From a virus: a stretch of 64,000 bases of DNA. Shown here piece by piece: positions 54,801-62,368 of this stretch. The notes beneath the pieces are model-generated. The model searched no databases. It was given only the letters and a program-made list of their open reading frames with translations, and had not been told where the DNA came from. The first letter of the stretch is position 1; each line of letters starts with the position of its first letter. The position numbers and the translations under genes are program-made. The stretch covers positions 1 to 64,000 of the IMG/VR virus record IMGVR_UViG_3300005688_000028, one strand, 5' to 3'.

Positions 54801-56162
54801 TGACGACGAGACGTGGAAGCTGCCCAGGATGCTGTGCCATGCCGATTCGACAAGCCGGTCCTTCTTCTCGTCGGCGTAGGCTCGACTACCAACGATGCGC
54901 TGCAACTCGGGTTTGGTGAGCTTGGCGAGCTGCGCCATGATAGCCGCCTTGTTCGCCACCGTTGCATCGAACAACCGGCGCACCTCAGCGGCAGTGATGG
55001 TGGCGTCGTTGATGCGCTGAACCATGGCGTCCACGCCGATGGACTCCATCAAACCTTGAGCGGTCTTCTCATCGGGGGCGGGCTTCTTTGGGGCCTCCCT
55101 CTTCACCTCCCGCGCAGCCTCCTCGGCCTTCGTCGGCAGCCCCAGCCGCGCCCGGTGCTTGTCGGTCCCGTACACCGCCGCCTCCGCGCGGTCGGCCTCG
55201 AGCCGCTTCGTCGCTCGCTCCTTCTTCTCGGCCTCGTGCTTCTCGATGCCGGCCCGGTGCTCGGCATGCAGCATCGCGGAGAGCTCGGCCTTCGTGACGG
55301 TCCGGCTCTGGCCGTTCTCGTCGTGCTCAATCGTCAGCCGGTCCCCGTCCACGGCCTTGATGTGCCAGTGGCCGCCGTGGGCCATGAAGCCCGCGCCCTC
55401 GACAAAGTGCTCCTGCGCGTGGACGCCGCCGGACCCGCGCGCGACGTGGTAGAAGTAGCGGTAACGGGGCGTCCCCTTCTTCGTGAACTTCCCGGGGATC
55501 GGCACGCGCTTGATGTAGCGGTGCGCCTTGCCCTTCATGAGCTGCGAGAAGAACGCGAGGCGCCCGTAGGCTTCGGGGAGGAGGAGCGAGCCCGGCGGAA
55601 GGCCCGCGAGCGCCTTCTTGAGCGCCTTCCCGGCGTTGTTGGGGTCAGCGATCTTGGCGCGGAAGTCGTCGATGCTCATGGTCGTGTGTCCCCCGTAGAA
55701 GCCGGGCTTCGTGTACTGCTTGCGGTAGCAGGCCAGCGCCTCGGCGACGCTCGGGAAGCCCAGCATGACCTTCTGCTCATCGTGCTCGCCGGTCTCGGGA
55801 ACCCGCTGGTCCACTACTACGACCACGTCAGACTCGAGGGCGTCACCGACGTAGACGTCGAGGCGGTCGCCATCCATGCCGCGGGCTCCCATGACACCAG
55901 CGGCCCCGCGGGCGTGTGACCTCACCTCGCCATAGTGGGCCTGCATCGTGACCCGCCACGGCGTGCCGTTGGCGTCGACACCCTCGCGCACGTCGCCCTT
56001 GCGCTGCTCGATGTCGATCGGGATGCCCTGGAAGACCAGCGAGGCCACGAACGGGAACTCCGAACGGTTCGGCGACGGCGGCGGCATGAGGCCGGGCGAG
56101 GTTTCGCCGCGGCGGACGAGCAGGGCAGAGAGGCGGCGCGCGGCGTGGTCGAAACGGTCCAT
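51873..56162 (-). CDS. polyvalent head protein: inorganic-pyrophosphatase-like domain, YRYFY module, amino-type (probably N6-adenine) DNA methyltransferase
   Basis: IE..KG..R.G....G..W...M..HYG...G.DGD.LDVY.G...DE.K.MLGF; YFPTP, VLEPSAG.G, VMNPPF. Confidence 0.85.
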   Translation of the reverse strand: MDRFDHAARRLSALLVRRGETSPGLMPPPSPNRSEFPFVASLVFQGIPIDIEQRKGDVREGVDANGTPWRVTMQAHYGEVRSHARGAAGVMGARGMDGDRLDVYVGDALESDVVVVVDQRVPETGEHDEQKVMLGFPSVAEALACYRKQYTKPGFYGGHTTMSIDDFRAKIADPNNAGKALKKALAGLPPGSLLLPEAYGRLAFFSQLMKGKAHRYIKRVPIPGKFTKKGTPRYRYFYHVARGSGGVHAQEHFVEGAGFMAHGGHWHIKAVDGDRLTIEHDENGQSRTVTKAELSAMLHAEHRAGIEKHEAEKKERATKRLEADRAEAAVYGTDKHRARLGLPTKAEEAAREVKREAPKKPAPDEKTAQGLMESIGVDAMVQRINDATITAAEVRRLFDATVANKAAIMAQLAKLTKPELQRIVGSRAYADEKKDRLVESAWHSILGSFHVSSSTQWSPFSETYDAAITREVDKLTDEAIAAYSARRKKAIEEHKARIGAVIEPKTLADFKTRISLSREGERSLTPEQRVRYDELVAEDARAQAQKEHEDAHAARAKAAQERTTLAGSALATETTAKVIPGKHTKHGHNIWTVQLADRLAPDEYAKANAHAKSIGGYYSSFRGNGAIPGFVFKTDAAARQFADKFGGFGEAAQAAEPVTEPEKPGPLHGNAPARLREQADNAHARAQESLSADRKVNTARRANMAGSAEAQAMGEQAVASRMRLIADAQEAGSTKHLWGIKTRAHVEMLDNILRQAKYDRDRATREAGGKADHNETSHRAVTPEDIEHARPPEPSVHRDNLKGLAQALKDVPGAKQAAARVLKRIAQLGERDWQVKASTEQEREDFKALSDAGRLRRVETFAADDVRDQLTTWKRASEGMGIKSLPQLRAALREYVELARGAGKPKADPIKAAERALVGLKIPGYFPTPKPLADRVMQLADIKPGEKVLEPSAGKGSLADLAREQGGDVHVLEQHSGLRDVLSLKGHKVVGHDATDHAETYDKVVMNPPFDDGQDIEHVRHAFERNLKPGGKLVAIMSEGPFFRSDKKAQAFREWLEANGGTSEKNPEGSFKDSDNSTGVATRTVVVTKAPPVATVTPSEGRDPATSGGGARKYGRDDVDYDDWYSPWMKMLARSKTKHELQKMLGVATREAQKHASQHHAAIQATTSMTSQSQRRAQTGNALAGRADEAMAVRGALEIHDLFPEHAKVPSEGHDPAHTAKLDEKIARLEREVARGGPFDTQRSKAMAEAFPLGAGSMRPTGQRGGSTRSAERRMDASIDAAKRHVEAVAELRAAKARRAAYVEGRVNEQGRAIKVEPVKPVKPKAPRSPKGVHLVDSDGKALPLTPDKLRLVFGVKNEVGLSDGSRLSLDSRGDHTNIIITKPDGRQHQKAERGDDLWAGVIAMVRDHEAGRLEKATRAFGRLARLLR

Positions 56163-56182
56163 GCGGCGCAGCATCGCCGGGC

Positions 56183-58123
56183 CTACGCGGCGCGGTGAGC
56201 TTTCGTGCGCAGGCGCTTGAGCGCGAGGCGGGCGAAGGTGGCGAGCGAGCCCTTGTAGAGCTTCGACAACGCCGTCTCGGCCGCGTCTCGCGAAGCGAAG
56301 TACCAAGCCTTAGCATCCGGGTCCCAGCGGGCGCCCTTGGCCTTCAGCGCGTCCTTGTGGGCGAAGGTGTTACCGGCCACGCCCACGCGACCGCGCGACA
56401 ACGGAACCATCCTGAGACCGTGCTTCTCGCCAGGCGTTGAGGCGCTGCCGCTCGGGGCCTGCGGTGTGGCTGGCTTGGGCGCAGGATTGGACGCGGCCTT
56501 GTCGCCACCACCCTTGGCCTTGTCGGCCTCGGTGAGTTCGGCCCGTGGCTGCGGCGGAACCTTGGCCTTCTGGGCCTCTTTGAAGCGGAATATCGCCTTG
56601 TCCACCTCGGGCGTCAGGGTGGCCACCTTCAGGATGGTCCGGTCGTCGTCATATCCCAGGGTCTTGGTCGCATAGACCTTGTCGTTCTCGCGGTCGATGT
56701 AGAAGGTCCGGCCGCCGGACTTGGCGGACTCGCCATCGGTGAGGCGCTCGGCGTTGGCGGGCGGCCTCCATCTGCCGTTCTCGTCCGAGAGGCCGCCGCC
56801 GATGTCGACCTTGTGAGCCGGAACGACGCGGTCCAGCGCCTCGCGGTTGCCGGTGATGGCCCGGTCCAACAGCGCCCGGTCGGGATGCCACTGCGAGCTT
56901 TCTACCGCCTGTCTCGCATGATAGGCCGCATCGTAGGGCAACCGCTTGGACTCGTCTGCGATGTAGGCCTCGGCCTCCGCGATGTTCCGCTCGTGATTGG
57001 CCTTGAAGTAGGACGACTCCTCTTTCTCGAGCGCCTTGCGTTGGCGTTCGATGAACAGCTTTGCCAGAGCGATTCCGTCCTCACGCTGGATCTCAGCGGC
57101 GGGCTTGTCGGCGACTCGGTCGAACAGCTCCTTGTTGGCGTCGTAGTCGCGAAGCCTGTCTCGAACCAAGGTGAGGCTCGGGATCGCACGCATCCGCGTC
57201 TCGTGGCTCACGTCGAGGTCGCGCCAAGAGCCATCCGCCGCCGCGATGCTCTCGTAGAGCTTCTTGTGCTCTGCGATGGCGTTCTTCGTGCTCTCCCATT
57301 CGCGATACGTCCGAGCCTCTTCCGGCGTCGCGCGGCGCATGGTGGCGGTCACCACCGCATGAGCATCCGCGAGGTGGTAGTCGCCCACGTCCTCCGACCA
57401 CTCGCGGTCCTGCTTGGAAAGGCGCTTGGTCCGACTCCCGACCACGACCCAGATGGACCCGTCCTTGCGCTTCTGGAAGTCTCCCGGCTCCGGCCCGGTG
57501 TCTTTGAACTGGACGGTCTCGTACTTCTCCGACGCTGGCTTCTGCGCCTCCGCAGCCTCTTTGCGCTGCCTCAATTCGTCCGCAGACAGAAGCTCATCCT
57601 CGGTCGCTCCGAAGCCCCGCGCCCGCTTCTCCGCGGCTTCGATCTGCTTCGCTGTGCCCAGCTTGCGGACCTCGTCGAGCTCGGCCAGGGCGCGCTTCTT
57701 CTTCGCCTCGCGGTCCTTCGCGGTCTCGGCCTCCTCGGCCTTGATGCCCTCGGCATGGTGGGCTTGCAGTCGCCTCACGAGCTCGTCTTTGTGGATGCGC
57801 TCCACCTTGCCCGACTCGTCGTGCTTCACCGTGAGGTGGCCGTCCTCGTGAACGTCCTCGATGTGGTAGTGGCCTCGCTTTCCCTCGTGCTCACCCGCGA
57901 AACCAGCGCCCTTGACCCAGTGCTCGGCGTTGTCGAGACCCTTGCCGCCCTTGGCCCCGGTGAGCTTGTAGAAGTAGCGATAGCGCTGCTTGCCGCTCTT
58001 CGTGAACTTGCCGGGGATCGGAACGCGCTTGATGTACTTGTGGTTGGCGCCCTTGATGAGCGCCATGAACATGAGCCGGCGGGCGACTCGCGGGTTGATC
58101 GGAAGCCAGATCCCCATGCTCAT
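56183..58123 (-). CDS. polyvalent head protein: YRYFY module plus small C-terminal GNTF..KD.LKA.GARWD domain
   Basis: LIKGANHKYIKRVPIPGK...RYRYFY; ATGA-coupled to portal. Confidence 0.75.
   Translation of the reverse strand: MSMGIWLPINPRVARRLMFMALIKGANHKYIKRVPIPGKFTKSGKQRYRYFYKLTGAKGGKGLDNAEHWVKGAGFAGEHEGKRGHYHIEDVHEDGHLTVKHDESGKVERIHKDELVRRLQAHHAEGIKAEEAETAKDREAKKKRALAELDEVRKLGTAKQIEAAEKRARGFGATEDELLSADELRQRKEAAEAQKPASEKYETVQFKDTGPEPGDFQKRKDGSIWVVVGSRTKRLSKQDREWSEDVGDYHLADAHAVVTATMRRATPEEARTYREWESTKNAIAEHKKLYESIAAADGSWRDLDVSHETRMRAIPSLTLVRDRLRDYDANKELFDRVADKPAAEIQREDGIALAKLFIERQRKALEKEESSYFKANHERNIAEAEAYIADESKRLPYDAAYHARQAVESSQWHPDRALLDRAITGNREALDRVVPAHKVDIGGGLSDENGRWRPPANAERLTDGESAKSGGRTFYIDRENDKVYATKTLGYDDDRTILKVATLTPEVDKAIFRFKEAQKAKVPPQPRAELTEADKAKGGGDKAASNPAPKPATPQAPSGSASTPGEKHGLRMVPLSRGRVGVAGNTFAHKDALKAKGARWDPDAKAWYFASRDAAETALSKLYKGSLATFARLALKRLRTKAHRAA
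56195..56204 (-). promoter_or_regulatory. late-promoter box GAAAGCTCAC (inside the 3' end of the upstream gene)
   Basis: exact; GATGCT -10; 32 nt to ATG 56162. Confidence 0.72.
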
Positions 58124-59733
58124 TCTCCCTCGTCGAGACCCGGCTCGCCCTGGCCCGGCAGCCCAGCATCCATGCCCGGCACGCCCTCACCACCCTCACC
58201 TGGCATGCCGCCCATCGCGGCCGGGTCCTCGGTAGGCGTGAAGGTCCCAAGCGCCTGTAGGACGGTGCTCGACAGCGGCACGCTCAGCGCCAGAATGATT
58301 CGGTCGCGCGTCTTGTCGTCGACCTCGATCTTGTTGGCCTTGAAGTAAGCCTTGTCGATGACGGGCTTCCCGAGGCGTGACCGGCTCTCGTTCGACGAGA
58401 AGATCCCCTCGGCCTTCTTCTCGAGTTCGATCTGGGAAAGCTCCGACTCGGCGCCGTCGCCCGTGAAGCGGAACGCGAAGTCCTCATCCCAGCGGTAGAT
58501 CAGGCTCTCGTTGATGCTGTCCTCGAAGGCCGTCAGCATCGGGCGCAGGCCGAACATGCGCGAGAGCTGGATCTCGTCCTTCGGGTTCGCGCCCGACAGC
58601 GGGGCGCCCGCGCCCTTGTACTCGGGCAGGCCCACCTCGACGGGACGCATGTTCCAGTTGGCGGCCACGACCATCAGCTTGATGAGCATGAGGTCGGTGA
58701 ACTCCATGTCCTTGTTCGGGTGGGCGAGGTCGAGCTTCTCGATCCGCTCGCGGCTCGCCTCTGTGCCCCCGGGGCTGAACAGCGCCATCGCCATGCGGTG
58801 CGCGTTGTTGATGCCCTTGAGCTGCGCCGTCATCATCGCCTTGAAGGCGAGCCAGGTCTCTTTGTCGTAGTTGGCGAAGACGTTGAGCATGGTGCTCGCG
58901 TGCGTGCCGTTCCGAAAATAGACCTGATTGTAGTCGTCGGCCTCGATGTAGGCTTGCAGCGCGTCGTAAGCCTGCTGGATCTCCGGGTAGCCATACCCGA
59001 AGACCTCCATCTGCGTGCGCGGGCGGCGGACCACGCTCAGGATCTCGTCCTCGTGCCACGTCGCCACGACCCTATCGAGGCTCGGGAGCACCTGCACGAA
59101 GCTCCCCGAGTGATAGTTGAACTCGCCCGGCCCCTCCTGCTTCTTCGGCCGCCCTCGACGCACCCACGCCGCATCCAGCGCCCGGAAGGCCCGGGGCCGC
59201 CCGCCGTTCTCGTACTGGATTTCGGCGATGGCCCAATCGTAGGTCAGCGAGTCGTCCGCGAGCATGCCCATCGTGCGATGGAAGGGCTGCAAGCGGTTGA
59301 GCATCTTCTGGATTTCCGCGAACTCCTTGCGCGCGCCCTGGCTCACCTTCGCGTCGGGGTCTCGCATCCCGAGCTGGTATCCCGGCGTCCACTGGTCGCG
59401 CGCCGGCCGGCAGTGCTCGACGAACTGCTGCTGGCGCTTGCTCTTGAAGGGCGCGCAGATACTCCGGTCGGCCGCGGCGCGAAGCGTTCGGAACGGGAGC
59501 CAGCCCGCGCCCGGGTGGCCCATGACGGGCTTGTCGCCCGAGAAGAACTTGTATTCCTCGTAAGGGTCCCAATCCGCGCCCTTGAAGGCCGCATCGTCGC
59601 CCTCGTCGGAGCGGGTCTTCAACGGGCTCTCGGGCTCGCCCCGGACCGACATCGCAGACTCGCGGCGCGCCTTGAGAAGCGGGTTCTCAGCGTCCGAGCC
59701 AACGAGCAACCTGTGCAGAAACGAACGCGCCAT
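58120..59733 (-). CDS. portal protein
   Basis: D.LTYD...E; F.ALDA; GYGYPE; YN..YF.NG; G..NAH; KDMEF; P.EVG; GLRP.L...E..IN; NE.R..LG. Confidence 0.92.
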   Translation of the reverse strand: MARSFLHRLLVGSDAENPLLKARRESAMSVRGEPESPLKTRSDEGDDAAFKGADWDPYEEYKFFSGDKPVMGHPGAGWLPFRTLRAAADRSICAPFKSKRQQQFVEHCRPARDQWTPGYQLGMRDPDAKVSQGARKEFAEIQKMLNRLQPFHRTMGMLADDSLTYDWAIAEIQYENGGRPRAFRALDAAWVRRGRPKKQEGPGEFNYHSGSFVQVLPSLDRVVATWHEDEILSVVRRPRTQMEVFGYGYPEIQQAYDALQAYIEADDYNQVYFRNGTHASTMLNVFANYDKETWLAFKAMMTAQLKGINNAHRMAMALFSPGGTEASRERIEKLDLAHPNKDMEFTDLMLIKLMVVAANWNMRPVEVGLPEYKGAGAPLSGANPKDEIQLSRMFGLRPMLTAFEDSINESLIYRWDEDFAFRFTGDGAESELSQIELEKKAEGIFSSNESRSRLGKPVIDKAYFKANKIEVDDKTRDRIILALSVPLSSTVLQALGTFTPTEDPAAMGGMPGEGGEGVPGMDAGLPGQGEPGLDEGE

Positions 59734-59779
59734 GCGGAGGCCCCTTTGGGGGCCAGCTTCTGCAAGCGGGCTCTGCGGT

Positions 59780-59789
59780 GTGAGCTTTC
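59780..59789 (-). promoter_or_regulatory. late-promoter box GAAAGCTCAC
   Basis: exact; GAAGCT -10; 46 nt to portal ATG, with hairpin GGCCCC-caaa-GGGGCC in the leader. Confidence 0.72.
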
Positions 59790-59862
59790 ACGGCCGCACG
59801 GATTTGCGCACCGCGCCCGCGTTCGATACGGAGGGGGTGCCCAACGTCCGCAAGGAGGCGCC

Positions 59863-60552
59863 TTGCGAGACAATCCCCACCAGGCAGACCCTACGGTCTC
59901 GCTCTTCACCTACACGGGTGAGCGGGCCGACAAGAAACCCCAAGTCGCGTGGAAGTCGGCGTGCCGCACTGCGGCCGACCTCTACCTCGCCGAGCTCGGG
60001 AGCGACTGGCCCACCGAGGCGAACGTGGAGCGCTTCAACCGCATGGCGAAGCGGCGCTTCAACGATGCGAGATACGGGAGCGCCGTCCTCGCCGTGATCG
60101 TCGGCTGGAAGGCGTGGCTCGACGACAAGGGCATATGGAGCGAGGGCGCGCCCCCGAAGGCCCCTTGCGACGACGGTTTGGACGTCGTGATCAACCGCTC
60201 GAGCCCCGGCGACCCGGCCGGCTTCGACAGCATGGAGCTGTCCCCCCGAGCCCTCAAAGCTATCGCCGAGACGGTGCGGGAGACCATCTTTGGCGGTGAG
60301 CCCTCGGACGACTATTGGGGCGCCGTCATGCGCCGCGTGGGCACCGCCCTCGGGAGCGACGGCCTCAGCGCCGTCTTGAAGCTCGACCGCCACAACACCC
60401 AGGCCATCATCGCGGGCCGCAAGGTGCCCAAGCACGTCCGCGCCGACGTCGAGAAGCTCCATGCGCTGCTCGTGCTCCGCAAGAGCGGCCTCGACCCCGA
60501 CGAGGTCCGCGATCAGCTCTACGGGCTCGAAGCCCACCTCAAGGACGACTGA
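59863..60552 (+). CDS. hypothetical protein with possible C-terminal HTH
   Basis: AAGGAGG then TTG start; LSAVLKLDRHNTQAIIAGRKVP. Confidence 0.6.
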   Translation: MRDNPHQADPTVSLFTYTGERADKKPQVAWKSACRTAADLYLAELGSDWPTEANVERFNRMAKRRFNDARYGSAVLAVIVGWKAWLDDKGIWSEGAPPKAPCDDGLDVVINRSSPGDPAGFDSMELSPRALKAIAETVRETIFGGEPSDDYWGAVMRRVGTALGSDGLSAVLKLDRHNTQAIIAGRKVPKHVRADVEKLHALLVLRKSGLDPDEVRDQLYGLEAHLKDD

Positions 60553-60839
60553 TGCTTCTTGCCCTGATACTGCTCGCCCTGTGGGGCGCCTGGATCTGGC
60601 GCCGCCATCGCACCATGCACGACCCCTCGAAAGAGGAGGATGACCTCCTCTGGGAGCTCGGCGACTGGAAGCGCATTGCCCTGTGGGCCGCCGCCATCAT
60701 GGCGGGGCTCTACCTGCTCCGCTCGGGGTGCGCGTCGTTCGTGGCCGCGTGGGGCGACGTGCCCGACGGGCCGGGGGCGTGGTTCCGCTTCTGGCGGGAC
60801 TGGGTCGACGGGGTTCTTCTGTGGCCGGCGGTGTGGTGA
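60552..60839 (+). CDS. small membrane protein
   Basis: two hydrophobic segments; TGATG coupling. Confidence 0.6.
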   Translation: MLLALILLALWGAWIWRRHRTMHDPSKEEDDLLWELGDWKRIALWAAAIMAGLYLLRSGCASFVAAWGDVPDGPGAWFRFWRDWVDGVLLWPAVW

Positions 60840-61063
60840 TGAGGCCCGAGCTTCCGAGGCCGCGACGGACCTACACCGTCGAAGATGCCCGCCAAGCCCG
60901 CAAAGACCTGCGCGTGCGACTGCTCGCCATCGAACAGCGCATGACGGCACTCGAGCGGGCGAGGCACGCCAAGGCGCGCGGTGACCTCAAGGGCGGCCTC
61001 TCGTTCCCTCGGCCGTCGGCGGCGAGCTGGGCCTTTGCGAGACGGTCGCGCCGGCCCCGGTGA
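60839..61063 (+). CDS. hypothetical protein
   Basis: TGATG coupling. Confidence 0.5.
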   Translation: MRPELPRPRRTYTVEDARQARKDLRVRLLAIEQRMTALERARHAKARGDLKGGLSFPRPSAASWAFARRSRRPR

Positions 61064-61167
61064 AGCGAAAGCCGTGGTGGAAGCGCGACGGATTCACTGC
61101 ACCGATGGCGGTGATCGGGCTCTGGGTCGGCGTGGCGCTGCTCATCGCACTCCTGCGGGCGCTGTAG
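61060..61167 (+). CDS. 35-aa single-TM peptide
   Basis: GTGA overlap; KRKPWW..MAVIGLWVGVALLIALLRAL. Confidence 0.4.
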   Translation: MKRKPWWKRDGFTAPMAVIGLWVGVALLIALLRAL

Positions 61168-61170
61168 GCG

Positions 61171-62070
61171 TCAGGCCGCAACCTCTCGCCCAAGCGCCGC
61201 ATCGGCCCGCTTCGCGCCATCGACCATGGCCTCGATGGTCAGCCCCGCGGCGCCCGTCTCGAGCATCCTGCGCAGGCTCATCCAGCCCTGGAAGTTGGCG
61301 TGCCGGCCCTCGCACCTCACGGCGGGGTGCTCCAACGGCGACGCATGGGGAGGCTGCGGAGACCAGAGCCGCTGGAACAGGGCCACGTCCTCGGTGTAGC
61401 TCGACGGCTCGCCCAGGTGGTTGTCGTAGCTCACCCGGGCGCACCGCGCGGCCGAGACCACCATCGCGAGGCCCGTGCAGTCGCCAAGCTCGTCGGGGCG
61501 CTCGCCCTCGCGGATGAAAGGCAGGTGGATGGCTCGGTCGACCACCGGCGCCCCCTCCATCGCCAGCCTCATCTCGCGCGCGAGCGCCTGAAAGGTCGGC
61601 TCGGCCGCCTCATGGTCTCGAAGGCCCGCGAAGTGCCCCCACTGGTCCTCGGTCATCGTCAGGACGGTGGAGATCGTCGCGAACGGCTCGAGGATGCGAT
61701 TGGCGAACTGCTTGTGCGCGTCGAGCTTCGCGAGCGCCAGGGCGTGCCCCACGGCCGCATCGCGCGCGGACCGCCACACCTTCACCGCCTCGGCATACTG
61801 GCCCCCCTCCAACGGCGCCCCAGCCTGCATGCCGCGCTTATTCTTCGCGAAGGGCGGCAGCCACGTCGACCGCGCCACCTTGGCGGCCATCTTCTCGACC
61901 GGGATGGCCCGGCTCGAGCTGCTATTGCGGCTGAACATCCGGTGCGTCAGCGCCTCGGCGTGGATATATCGCGGATATTCCAGCGCGAAGGTCACGATGC
62001 CGGGCTCGTCCCGCAGCCCTCGCGAGCGCCAGACGTGCGGGATGGTGATGCCGAGGTCGAGCGCGCTCAC
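61171..62070 (-). CDS. thyX: FAD-dependent thymidylate synthase
   Basis: YPRYIHAE..THR.FSRN.SSSRAIP; HKQ.ANR.LEPF; SAARCARVSY; HASP.EH. Confidence 0.92.
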   Translation of the reverse strand: MSALDLGITIPHVWRSRGLRDEPGIVTFALEYPRYIHAEALTHRMFSRNSSSSRAIPVEKMAAKVARSTWLPPFAKNKRGMQAGAPLEGGQYAEAVKVWRSARDAAVGHALALAKLDAHKQFANRILEPFATISTVLTMTEDQWGHFAGLRDHEAAEPTFQALAREMRLAMEGAPVVDRAIHLPFIREGERPDELGDCTGLAMVVSAARCARVSYDNHLGEPSSYTEDVALFQRLWSPQPPHASPLEHPAVRCEGRHANFQGWMSLRRMLETGAAGLTIEAMVDGAKRADAALGREVAA

Positions 62071-62348
62071 CCGAGCACCGCGAAGACTTCGGACTCGCTC
62101 ATCACGAGCAGCGTCTCGCCCTCGTGCTTTACCTCGGTCCCGGCCTTGCGCCCGAACAGGACGCGGTCGCCCACCTTCACCTCGGGCGGGATGAGCACGC
62201 CGCGCTCGGTGACGCGGCCCGAACCCACGGCCAGGACTTCGCCCCGCGTGGACTTCTCGACCACGACTTCGGGTAGGTGTAGGCCGCTCGCGGTCTTGGT
62301 CTCGTTCTCGATGCGGCGGATGATGAGGCGGTCACGAAGGGGTCGCAT
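62067..62348 (-). CDS. groES: co-chaperonin GroES
   Basis: RPLRDRLII...KTASGL.LP...EK..RGEVLAVGSG...VKVGD.VLF...GTEVK. Confidence 0.95.
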   Translation of the reverse strand: MRPLRDRLIIRRIENETKTASGLHLPEVVVEKSTRGEVLAVGSGRVTERGVLIPPEVKVGDRVLFGRKAGTEVKHEGETLLVMSESEVFAVLG

Positions 62349-62368
62349 TCTCTCTCCTGTGGCGCCCG

